Source of the DNA: Naegleria gruberi | Taxonomy: Eukaryota | Direction: 5' to 3' (one strand) | Length of the DNA stretch: 64,000 bases | Assembly: GCA_000004985.1 (NCBI GenBank) | Contig: GG738861.1 | In this document: piece after piece, positions 11,600-23,571 of the stretch | Numbering within the stretch: position 1 is the first letter of the stretch | How the letters are laid out: the number at the start of each line of letters is the position of its first letter | Program-made: the position numbers and the translations under genes | The notes under the pieces: generated by a model | Databases searched by the model: none | What the model was told of the DNA's origin: nothing | What the model saw: the letters and a program-made list of their open reading frames with translations, nothing else

Positions 11600-12180
11600 A
11601 AGAATCAAAAAATATTCACCAAATGGTCCTCTATGGGCATGATGATTTTCGGAGTGGTTTTACATCATGAAACCACCAAACTTTCACATCATCATCTCAA
11701 CATGATCTATATAGTAGTAATAATAGTAATTTTTATTGGTGGATTATCATCATGAAATTGGAATTTATTTTTCATGATGGAAAATCACAATTTGGTGTTC
11801 CATCATCGGATCATTCACCAACCATCATTATTGTTTTCCATCAATATAATAATAGTATTTGTGGAAATTAATTTTTAGTAATGTAATTTTGGTGAAATGT
11901 AAAAATTTTCACTAAATTCATCATCACTGCTGGATCTACTGGACAAGTTGGAAAACTGTCAATGTAGTATTGTTCGGAATGGTCAATAGTAGGTAGGAGA
12001 ACTTTCTCTTATCAATTTTGGTCAAGTTATGATAGGGATAGGTAGATGTGAATTTTGAAAAAGTACATGGATCATAACTCAACATGTACTTCACCAACTT
12101 GAATCATGTCTTTTAGTACTACTATTTAAATAGATAATAAACATCATATTTATTATCAGATTTTCGTCATGTTGTCAATT
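11600..12180 (+). repeat. Dispersed ~0.5-kb non-coding repeat, copy 1 (second copy at 32135..32620)
   Basis: Long stretches are near-identical between the two copies (for example ttttccatcaatataataatagtatttgtggaaattaatttttagtaatgtaattttgg and cactaaatccatcatcactgctg.atctactg.acaagttggaaaactgt.aatgtagtattgttcggaat). Copy 1 carries an extra ~110 bp near 12015-12125. A 23-bp inverted match lies at 10808-10830 versus 11990-12012 (ataggagaactttctcttatcaa). Confidence 0.8.
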
Positions 12181-13197
12181 TACCAAATTCCGATATTTGA
12201 TGCTACCAGAGTTGATTCATAGCCCAATTACAAACCAAACAACAATAAAACAACCATTAATAATGTTTATTATGTTATTAAATGTATAATTTCGAGTCTT
12301 GTAGCATAATTTGTGAAAATCATGGATATCTGATATTTTCATGATTTTATTGTTTTTCTCATGATGTGGATATTGTCTTCTCACTGAAACGTCACGAATA
12401 GCATGTAATTCATCCATTCTCTACCAGATAATTATCTTTTCCTGTAATTTTCACAATTAGACATTTTACTTTTAATAATTGTGATACTTTACTATTATAT
12501 TCAATGAATAAGAGATGAGAGACATTCATTAGAAGTAGATAGATTTCCAGTGATATATTCTCTCTCTATACAATTTATTATTTCAATATCTGTTAAATTA
12601 ATTGATATAGAAGGTATTTCATCAGACAATGATCTCATATCAAAAATAGCAGGAGATGTACTAGCTTGAAAAAGAAAAATCTCTTACCGGCTACACGTTT
12701 TACACCACAAATTACTAATAGCTGGAGGGTGACCAATTAAATGATTTGTGTTTGAACTGGATATGTTTCATGAATTATTTAACAGATTGTGCGAGGAGAT
12801 ACTACATCTTCCATCCACTTTTCATCAAAACATTACACACTAGTTGAGCCTTTTTTTCATCTCGAAGAGACACAATCTCAAGAAAAGAGATTTGTTTGCC
12901 TTTTCATAGAGACGCAGTCTCACCAGCTAAGACGAACAAAAATTAAGGTTAGGTTTAATTTTCTACAGCAAATAATATATTGGTATTCAATTGTCTTTAT
13001 TAAGCTTAATTGAAAATACATTCGCACGATTCGGCAATATAGACCTTATTCATACAAAAAAATTAGCGAGCACATTGTTAAACCGCCAGGATTAATTGTA
13101 AAATGGTGATTTAAATTTTACCTATTACTAAGGTGCCCTCATTCAGCGTTTCGGAACAAAACACTTCGCTAAAGAAGCTGTTGTGTGAAGAAAAAAA

Positions 13198-16100
13198 ATG
13201 GCAATAATACAAAGAAGGACTGCAACAATTGCATCCTTGTTGATTATTGTATTATGGTATTGCTTCTGTACTCAACACAGCATTGAGGCGAGTAACCCAA
13301 AAGTAGTGGGTGTCGTATCAACTATTGGAACTGATCAAGATAATGTGAAGACTTTGTATGACTTTGGACCCGATTGGAATGAAGGTACATACGCTTACTG
13401 GGGTGTTTTCAATGGTTTTCAATCAGGAACAATCTTCTTTAATGGTGACACCACCCCATTATTGGCTGGGTTGAATCCATCCAACTATATGTGTGTGGTA
13501 ATGTATTCGTCAAACAAACCCTCAAATGAAATTGTTCAAAAGGGTTGCCTCTATTCATCAAAGCAATTAGATATATTCTCAGCGACTGCATCAGCATACG
13601 GCTTTTATGTTACTGTTAGAAATTTAGGTTCGGTAGTGATGGCTGAGCAAGAATTTCCACCAGGAACATTCATTACAAGATTAAACCTAGAAGCAATAAC
13701 AGTTGAAAATGGGGCCAAAGTTGTTCATTCCAATGCAACCAATTACGTTGCATGGAGTGGTATGGCACGTTTAGATTTCAAGGAAGCTGATTTTTTGGTT
13801 GTGGTTGGTAATGCTCAATGCTCTCTCTCAAGTCAGGATACTGACAAATTAATCTTTGAAGATTCGTCCGAGTTGACTCTTCCACATACATGCGAAATGA
13901 CTTCTTTCGCTGCTCTATACACTGCAACTTATGATTCAATGACCTTGGGAAAAAAGCAAATGATAGAACAAATTAACCAAAGAAGTACATTCATAAAGAA
14001 GGTTATCAAGTCATCTACTACTTCCTTCTGGGTATATGGTAATTTTGTTGACTATACTTTATTTGATAATGAGAGACGCTATGGAAAACAAGCTCCTTTC
14101 TTTAGTTATTATGAAATTGACCCAAGCAATACCCAACCTTTCACACGGAAACACAGTACGTATATTTCTTCGTTTCAACCAACATACTCGGCTGAAGCAA
14201 ACGATATGAAAATAATTCCAGCTGACGGACAAATTGAAATATACATTGTTGGTTATGTGGAAATACCAAGCTCATTTTTATGTTGCTTCTTGAAGATTGG
14301 TACTGCCGAGCCATATCGAGCTAGAAAGCTAGAAATTGAAGGTGATGTAGTATTTACAGGAATAGATACCAACACAAATACTCAAGAAGTAATCGTTACG
14401 GGTCACTTTGCAGGTACAATTCAAATTGGTTCCACCAAATTGACAAGTAGTGGAGGACGAGATATTGTGGTTGCTGCTTTCAAAAGAGTTACTTTAGATG
14501 CTGTTTGGGCTATTAAAGAAGGAGGCTCAAACGATGATTATTCATATGGAATTAAGAATAATAATAATGAATTCATATCAATTTTTGGCAAACTTGGCTT
14601 GAATCCAAAATTTGATGGTAAGAATGTATCTGTTTCTGTGTCAACTGCATCAAACGGATTCATTGCGCATTTATCAGATCCTAATTATTGTTATGGAATT
14701 GCTAGTAATACTGAGACTGTTTGTAATGGTCATGGTCAATGTCAAAAAGATGGCAGTTGCCTTTGTAGTTCAGGTTTTGGAGATCAGTGTGAATTCCCAA
14801 CTTGTAACGAAATACACTTTAATGAAACAAATGTTTGTAATGGGCATGGTAACTGCACTGATTATGATACTTGTTCCTGTAATGATGGATGGACTGGTGC
14901 TAATTGTAATATACCTGTTTGTTTTGGTGTTAGTGAAGGTGAAAGTTGCAGTCAACATGGTTCCTGCATTTCAAATAATACTTGTCAATGTAATAATGGA
15001 TGGTTTGGAAGTAACTGCTCAATTCATTCATGTAATGGAACAAGTTCACAAGATGAGCAAAATATTTGTAATAATGGCAATGGTATATGTGTATCTGCAG
15101 ATATGTGTTCATGTAACCAAAATTGGACAGGTCAATTCTGTGAAATTCCTAAATGTTTTGGATTGAATTCAAGTGATATTTCAGTTTGTTCAAGTCATGG
15201 GCAATGTATTAATGCTAACACTTGTAGTTGTAATAAGGGATGGTTTGGAGCTGATTGTTCAATTCATTCATGTAATGGAACAAGTTCACAAGATGAGCAA
15301 ATCGTTTGTACTAATGGCAATGGTAAATGTGTATCTACAGATATGTGTTTATGCAATCAATATTGGACTGGACAATTCTGTGAAATTCCAAAGTGTTTTG
15401 GATTACCAGCAAACGATTCAAATGTATGTGCTGGTCATGGTAAATGTCTCTCCCCTGATGTTTGTTCTTGTAATCCTAAATGGTTTGGGGCTAAGTGTAA
15501 TTTCCCATCTTGTTTTGGAATTCCATTTTACAATTCTTCAGTTTGTTCCTCCCATGGCCAATGCATAACCTTGGACACATGCAAATGTCTAGATGGATAT
15601 GATGGAGAAACTTGTTCCTCTCATTCATGCTTTGGTTTTAAATCCAATAATGACTCGAGAGCTTGTACGAATGGTCAAGGAAAATGCACAGGTGCTAATC
15701 AATGTACTTGTTTGGAATCCGAAAGTGGAAGAGCAATAGGTCCACAATGTGAAACGATTTTATGTAAGGCAGGAGTTGATATGTGGTTACCACAAAAAGA
15801 TCCAAAAGTTTGTTCTCAACATGGTATATGTAAATTCAACATGTCAACTGTTGGATGTTTTTGTGAGGAAGGTTACGAAGGGCCAATATGTCAGTATCCA
15901 ATCTGCTATGGAATTTCATCGAATTCAAAGAAAGTTTGCAATGGAGTTGGTAAATGTAATGCTCCAAATAACTGTTCATGTTTTGATAATGATATTGATG
16001 GTCACTTTGTTGGAACAAATTGTGACAAGTGTAAAATTCCATACTCTGGAATTAATTGTACTGTTATTGAAAAGTGTAATGCTACATTGAAATGCAATTC

Positions 16101-19100
16101 ACATGGTACATGTGATGACTATGGTTTCTGTACTTGTTTCCAAGACGAAACTAACGGTTATTGGAATGGAACTAATTGTAATACTTGCAATGATGGATTT
16201 TATGGAGAAGATTGCATGACTCAATTGTCCAATGTACATTTCAATAATGAAGGAAATGGATTACTTTTCCAAATGACCTCTCCAAATCATTTCACATCCT
16301 TAAATGTTGATTGTAACAATTTATTAGATTCTTCAAGTATTTCCTCATTTGGTTCAAATGTAGTTTGTAGATATTCTAATAAGACATCCAATGATTTTAT
16401 TATTGAATTGGGAACTGATAATTCTATTCAAGTTGATCAAGAAATTTTATTGAATAGAAATGTGTTTAATAGAAACAAATTAGGAAATGATTATCAATCA
16501 TTCAAAATTGGAAATGCTGAAAATCCCATTCCACCAACAATTTTAATTTCTCAAAAAACAACATATTCAAGTTGTGAAAATATTCTATTGGATGCAAGTG
16601 AAAGTTATTCCACAGATGGAAAACAAATTTCCTATAAATGGGAAATTGTATCTTCCAACATGATGACACTTCCAAACAATAATTCAAGCAAACTGTCAAT
16701 CACCTATGACAGTATAAATGCTGGAAGTCATACTTTCAAACTGACAACTACAAGCCAAAGTTTGAAAACATCCTCATCCAAGCAAATCACATTCCAAAAG
16801 TTGAATTATGCAACACCTGTCATTTCTATTGAAGGAAGTGACAGCCTTTCACTTTCAACAAGCTCATTGCCTTTGATTGTAAGAAAATTAATCACCTTAC
16901 CTTCTTGTTTACCTTCAAAATCTGAAATTATTGTAAAATGGGAATATTTGAGTGGAACTGGAATGGAATATCAAGTTGACTCTACNNNNNNNNNNNNNNN
17001 NNNNNNNNNNNNNNNNNNNNNNNNNNNNNNNNNNNGATGGTTTGGAGCTGATTGTTCAATTCATTCATGTAATGGAACAAGCTCTCAAGATTTACAAAAT
17101 GTTTGTAATGGAGGAAGAGGTCAATGTATTGACACTGATATTTGCTCATGTAATGAAACATGGACAGGTCAATTCTGTGAAATTCCTAAATGTTTTGGAT
17201 GGAATTCAAGTGATAATTCAGTTTGTTCAACTCATGGTCAATGTATTAATGCTAACACTTGTCAGTTGTAATAAGGGATGGTTTGGTAGTAACTGCTCAA
17301 TTCATTCATGTAATGGAACTAGTTCACAAGATGTGCAAAACGTTTGTAATGGAGGAAATGGTCAGTGCATTGGAACAGATTTGTGTTTGTGTAACCAAAA
17401 TTGGGCTGGTCAGTTCTGTACTATTCCTAAATGTTATGGCGTTATTTCTACAGACGCTACAGTTTGCTCTACTCATGGTAACTGTACTGATATTAATACT
17501 TGCCAATGTAATACAGGTTGGTTTGGTCCATTATGTAGTATTCACTCCTGCAATGGAACTAGTTCACAAGATTTAAAACACGTCTGCAATGGTGGTAATG
17601 GAGTATGCATTCAAATGGATAAGTGTGATTGTAAATCTGGTTGGACAGGCCAGTTCTGTGAAATTCCGAAGTGTTTTGGTTTAGCTTCAACTGATAAAAA
17701 AGTGTGTGCTGGTCATGGAGGTTGCATGAGCTCTGATAAATGCTCTTGTAATAATGGATGGTTTGGAGCTGATTGTTCAATTCATTCATGTAATGGAACA
17801 AGCTCTCAAGATTTACAAAATGTTTGTAATGGAGGAAGAGGTCAATGTATTGACACTGATATTTGCTCATGTAATGAAACATGGACAGGTCAATTCTGTG
17901 AAATTCCTAAATGTTTTGGATGGAATTCAAGTGATATTTCAGTTTGTTCAACTCATGGTCAATGTATTAATGCTAACACTTGTAGTTGTAATAAGGGATG
18001 GTTTGGAGCTGATTGTTCAATTCATTCATGTAATGGAACAAGTTCACAAGATGAGCAAATCGTTTGTACTAATGGCAATGGTAAATGTGTATCTACAGAT
18101 ATGTGTTTATGCAATCAATATTGGACTGGACAATTCTGTGAAATTCCAAAGTGTTTTGGATTACCAGCAAACGATTCAAATGTATGTGCTGGTCATGGTA
18201 AATGTCTCTCCCCTGATGTTTGTTCTTGTAATCCTAAATGGTTTGGGGCTAAGTGTAATTTCCCATCTTGTTTTGGAATTCCATTTTACAATTCTTCAGT
18301 TTGTTCCTCCCATGGCCAATGCATAACCTTGGACACATGCAAATGTCTAGATGGATATGATGGAGAAACTTGTTCCTCTCATTCATGCTTTGGTTTTAAA
18401 TCCAATAATGACTCGAGAGCTTGTACGAATGGTCAAGGAAAATGCACAGGTGCTAATCAATGTACTTGTTTGGAATCCGAAAGTGGAAGAGCAATAGGTC
18501 CACAATGTGAAACGATTTTATGTAAGGCAGGAGTTGATATGTGGTTACCACAAAAAGATCCAAAAGTTTGTTCTCAACATGGTATATGTAAATTCAACAT
18601 GTCAACTGTTGGATGTTTTTGTGAGGNNNNNNNNNNNNNNNNNNNNNNNNNNNNNNNNNNNNNNNNNNNNNNNNNNCCAAATGACAGCTAGACCACTAGT
18701 TGTTAACTTGATCCAAATTGAATCAACAATTGACCAAGTAATAATTGAGATTGAAGAAATTGATTCTGATTTGCAAACTATTCCATTCGAAAGAGAATGG
18801 TCCACCAATAATTTGAATAACAATGACAACATATTACAATATCTATCATCTATCAAGAATAATACATTAACAATTACAAAATCATTAGTGAACGGTGCTT
18901 CTCAATTCGACATTTCATTAAGGTCAAGTAAGGTTTCCAGATATTCCACTTCAACTCTCTCCATTTTATTCCCAGAATCTCCTGAACAAATTCCACCTTC
19001 AATAACACCAGCTAACTCGCCTCCATCAAAATTGAATAAGGGAACTTTATTAAGCGTACAAAGTATTGTTTCGAGTGCAAGTAACAATATTATTAGAGAA

Positions 19101-20900
19101 TGGACAATGAATGGTCAATCTATTCCTTCAGAATTGACAAGAAATATGAGAATGCAACTTTCTGAGTCTGACGAATTAATTTTGGACACATCTTCTTTGA
19201 CAGAAGGTGCAACTTATCAAATTTCTTTCAAAGTTACTAATGTTGATTCTTTGTTATCTGCTTCATTGAATCATTCATTTGTAATCAACAAATCACCAAA
19301 ACCATGTGACTGTCAAGTGTCACCTTTGAGTGGTATTGCAATGACAACAATATTTACTTTCAATTGTCCAAAATGTCAAAACGATCAGAATAGTAATACT
19401 TTTGAATATGGTTTTATTGATGACTTTTCAAAATCCAACTTTCCACTTTCTAAAACAGAAGAATTATATCAAAAACTTCCAATGCCAAATTCTGGAAACA
19501 AATTAGATCTTTATGTCAAGGTAATTGATTCATTGACAGGATCTAGCTCCATAACAACCAAACAAGTTACCATTTCTCTTCCGGTTGTCAAAAGTTTAGC
19601 AGGAATCAAAAAGTTAACAGCCTCATGGAACCAAATAGCAACATTGGCTCCTGTTGGTGATTATCAACGAAGTGTTTTCAATACTGCAACCATTTCTAGA
19701 ACAATGAATTTATTATTTAAGAGTATAAGTTCAAAGAGAGATTTTTGTAATGGAAATGGACAATTTAAAGATGGGAAATGTGTTTGCAATTCTGGATTTA
19801 CAACAAGTAATTGTAAATGGTCCACTGAAGATTTTGAATTTATTCAATCTTTAATTAGAGATTTATTGAATGATTTTATGGGTTCAAGTCAAATCATGAC
19901 AACCGCTTCAGAATCAACAAATAGAAATTACATTACAAATTTATTATTTGGATTGAATTCAATTTCACAAAATTCTGAATATCTTTCTAACCAAATGGTC
20001 AACTCTAGTTTAATTTTATTGAGAGATGCTTTGGTATCAGTTCAATCAAGTACCACCTTTGTTCTGTCTAGAGGAGATTTGGTCAACTTGCAAAATATTT
20101 TGAACTTACAAGAAAATTTAATGGATGGTGAAAAATTATTGGAAACTGTTGAATTATTAGGGCAAGTTTTATTGAGAAATGTTTTAATTGGTCAAATACC
20201 ATTTAAATTTGAAACTAACAGTTATTTGACAGTTTTAAACAAACATTTCAAGAATCAAATGAATGGAATGAAATTCGAAAGTGAGATGGTGAATATCACG
20301 TTACCATGGAACATTTCATCTCTCTTGAAAACTAATTCAATCAAGTCACCAATCAAGTACAGATGGAATATTCAAAAAAATACAGACACCATTGCAATTG
20401 CAAATCAACCTGGAAAGATAATATCAATCAATTCAGTTGTGAATAGTTTACAACTTGATCCTTCACCTCAATCTTATTCGAAATACTTATTCGACATTGA
20501 GATGAAACAATACGACAGTCAGGCAGCTTATGTTTGTGCTAACATTGGATCAGCATCATTGGAAACTGATTGTTCCATTTCTATCAAGAATAACCAAATA
20601 GCAACTTGTGAATGCTCTTCATTAGGATATAATCTTGTAATTCTTGAATACAAATCCATTGAAAATCATGTATCAACCTCCTCTTCATCAAATTCAAATA
20701 TAATTGTCAAAAAACCTCCAACGAGCAATCCATTAATGTGGTTATTATTGTTACTAGTCCTCATTCCACTTACTGCCCTACTAATTGCAGTAATTGTATG
20801 GTTTGTAGTAAAGAAACTGGGTAAAGATAAGAATAATACAAGAAATCCATACATGCAAACACAAGAAAGCAGTTCTACAATTGAATTGAAGCATGTTTAA
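13198..20900 (+). CDS. Giant type I membrane glycoprotein: signal peptide, ~430-aa N-terminal domain, more than 20 EGF-like repeats, Ser/Thr-rich stalk, TM helix and short cytoplasmic tail. One gene broken into three ORFs by two assembly gaps
   Basis: ATG at 13198 begins MAIIQRRTATIASLLIIVLWYCFC. ORFs 13198..17271, 16952..18691 and 18507..20900 share architecture and differ in frame only across the N runs at 16986-17035 and 18627-18676. The C-terminus has a TM segment, PLMWLLLLLVLIPLTALLIAVIVWFVV, followed by KKLGKDK... and a TAA stop at 20900. Confidence 0.7.
16986..17035. other. Assembly gap (50 N) inside an EGF tandem-repeat array
   Basis: An N run flanked by near-identical EGF cassettes. 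Confidence 0.95.
18627..18676. other. Assembly gap (50 N)
   Basis: An N run at the end of a ~700-bp block identical to 15170-15880. Confidence 0.95.
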
Positions 20901-21244
20901 TCTCGTTAATAATATGAAAAAGATTAGTTTGATAGGAGACGGTTATGTGATTGTGACTGAAACAACTCCGAAAGTGTCTAATTTGTGGAAATAAACACCA
21001 TTCGAGTCATTCGAGCTCGTAAACCCATGAAGTATAATTTCTGTCTATTATTATTGTATTACATTACGAATCACCACAACATTGAAAAAACACAAAAGAA
21101 TTCACTAAGAGAGCTCAAAATATCTGACATTGCGTTCCTTTCATTTTGGATTTACCTACCGGATAAGTTATAAAAATCGTTTTGGGATCACATATCATGA
21201 ATTTCGTGTCATTGTGAAAATTCTACTATCAAGTCTCATAAAAA

Positions 21245-21585
21245 ATGTTTCCACAACAAGCTCCACGGATTGTGGTAGAGATAAAACTTGGTAACACAGT
21301 TGCTCAATTGTTTCCAGATGGTAGCTTGAGTAATGGTTCAACCAGTATTACTGATTTCAGCGCAGTTGCACTAAACAAGCAAAACAAGCAAGTATGGGGG
21401 TTTGAAAATGACAAAGTTAAAATATTGTGCAATCAAAACCACGTTTGTAGTTATGGTCAAGTCAACCACTTGATAACAGGCAAGGGATTAAATAGGCTTC
21501 GTTCTCTTTACAATCTCGTAATAACAAAATATCTCCAACAACAGCCAAACATCACCGTTCCCAGAACCAATGCTGGTGACACCAN
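21245..21585 (+). CDS. 5' partial CDS of a hypothetical protein, interrupted by a 1020-N gap
   Basis: An ATG-started open frame of 113 codons runs into the gap. No recognisable domain. Confidence 0.3.
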
Positions 21586-22605
21586 NNNNNNNNNNNNNNN
21601 NNNNNNNNNNNNNNNNNNNNNNNNNNNNNNNNNNNNNNNNNNNNNNNNNNNNNNNNNNNNNNNNNNNNNNNNNNNNNNNNNNNNNNNNNNNNNNNNNNNN
21701 NNNNNNNNNNNNNNNNNNNNNNNNNNNNNNNNNNNNNNNNNNNNNNNNNNNNNNNNNNNNNNNNNNNNNNNNNNNNNNNNNNNNNNNNNNNNNNNNNNNN
21801 NNNNNNNNNNNNNNNNNNNNNNNNNNNNNNNNNNNNNNNNNNNNNNNNNNNNNNNNNNNNNNNNNNNNNNNNNNNNNNNNNNNNNNNNNNNNNNNNNNNN
21901 NNNNNNNNNNNNNNNNNNNNNNNNNNNNNNNNNNNNNNNNNNNNNNNNNNNNNNNNNNNNNNNNNNNNNNNNNNNNNNNNNNNNNNNNNNNNNNNNNNNN
22001 NNNNNNNNNNNNNNNNNNNNNNNNNNNNNNNNNNNNNNNNNNNNNNNNNNNNNNNNNNNNNNNNNNNNNNNNNNNNNNNNNNNNNNNNNNNNNNNNNNNN
22101 NNNNNNNNNNNNNNNNNNNNNNNNNNNNNNNNNNNNNNNNNNNNNNNNNNNNNNNNNNNNNNNNNNNNNNNNNNNNNNNNNNNNNNNNNNNNNNNNNNNN
22201 NNNNNNNNNNNNNNNNNNNNNNNNNNNNNNNNNNNNNNNNNNNNNNNNNNNNNNNNNNNNNNNNNNNNNNNNNNNNNNNNNNNNNNNNNNNNNNNNNNNN
22301 NNNNNNNNNNNNNNNNNNNNNNNNNNNNNNNNNNNNNNNNNNNNNNNNNNNNNNNNNNNNNNNNNNNNNNNNNNNNNNNNNNNNNNNNNNNNNNNNNNNN
22401 NNNNNNNNNNNNNNNNNNNNNNNNNNNNNNNNNNNNNNNNNNNNNNNNNNNNNNNNNNNNNNNNNNNNNNNNNNNNNNNNNNNNNNNNNNNNNNNNNNNN
22501 NNNNNNNNNNNNNNNNNNNNNNNNNNNNNNNNNNNNNNNNNNNNNNNNNNNNNNNNNNNNNNNNNNNNNNNNNNNNNNNNNNNNNNNNNNNNNNNNNNNN
22601 NNNNN
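21586..22605. other. Large assembly gap (1020 N)
   Basis: N run. The ORFs predicted across it are artefacts. Confidence 0.95.
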
Positions 22606-23571
22606 ATAAGAGATTGGAGTAAGAGGTATCCGAAGGTTTGCAATACCAAACTCATTTAATGGTTTTGTGAAATAATAAAATTATTATTATTCGGGTCTCT
22701 TCAAAAAAAAATCCTTTACAATGTTATTAGCACCAGAGCCTGCTAAACCTCAGGATGATTGGTTTATTGATGAATGTTTACTTATGAATATTGGCAATCA
22801 ACGACCGAAATATATCTTTCAAACTAAAGAGGGAGATGACATCATTTGGGAAACATTGTTCTTTAATTTCGTTGATGAGCCAAACGTTTAAATATCAAAC
22901 TCTTTCAATGATGGATACAATTACAAAAGATACACAGCAGAGGTGGTGGAAGTGGGAGACTTTGCCAAGAAAAGGGACGACTCTAATGATTGGGCTTTGT
23001 TGAGACTTGTGACTGATGATTTCACAGAAGATTTGAACAATACAGAGTACTTCATTCCTTCTCCAATTAGAACACGTCAAAGACGAAGATGATATTCCAG
23101 ATATCTACACCACGTTAATGATTGGTTTCTTTACAAGAGGTGCCTCAAAAGGAGATCTAAGAGAAACTCAAAGGGAATTGATATTGAAGATGTTTGGAAA
23201 ATTATTCCTGAAGGTATGGCAGTTTCCTTTGGTTGGACTGTACCCTATCCATAATTGTGGAAGTACAGCCAGCTGCTCTGGAGGCCCTTTACTCAAATGT
23301 AGAATCCAAATTAAAGAGCTTGTAGATATTCTGAACCAAAAACCATCTGTTCAGCCTTATTTCCTTATTCGCAAGTAGTTTCATCTCTAGAAGAATCATG
23401 GCTCTCCACAGTGGTGGTGATAACTATTACAAAATAAATAGAAATCCAAAACTTGAAATATTTAAGAGAAATTAGAGCTTGGAATTTTCCAAAAGCAAAA
23501 GCAGATAATTGATTGAAATAAGTACTATGAAATATTGAATGAAGTGTTTATATCGATATTAGTATGGATTT

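Noticed and set aside
12217-12700. Possible small multi-exon minus-strand gene (ORF 12217..12417 plus upstream coding-like segments and a GTAAG donor near 12690)
   Set aside because: There is no recognisable domain, and I could not assemble a consistent exon chain by eye. It is left unannotated.
21552-22655. ORFs translated as long X-runs across the 1020-N gap, similar ORF pieces spanning the 50-N gaps, and 1799..2512 reading through the 51-N gap
   Set aside because: They are artefacts of translating N runs. Only the flanking real sequence was considered.
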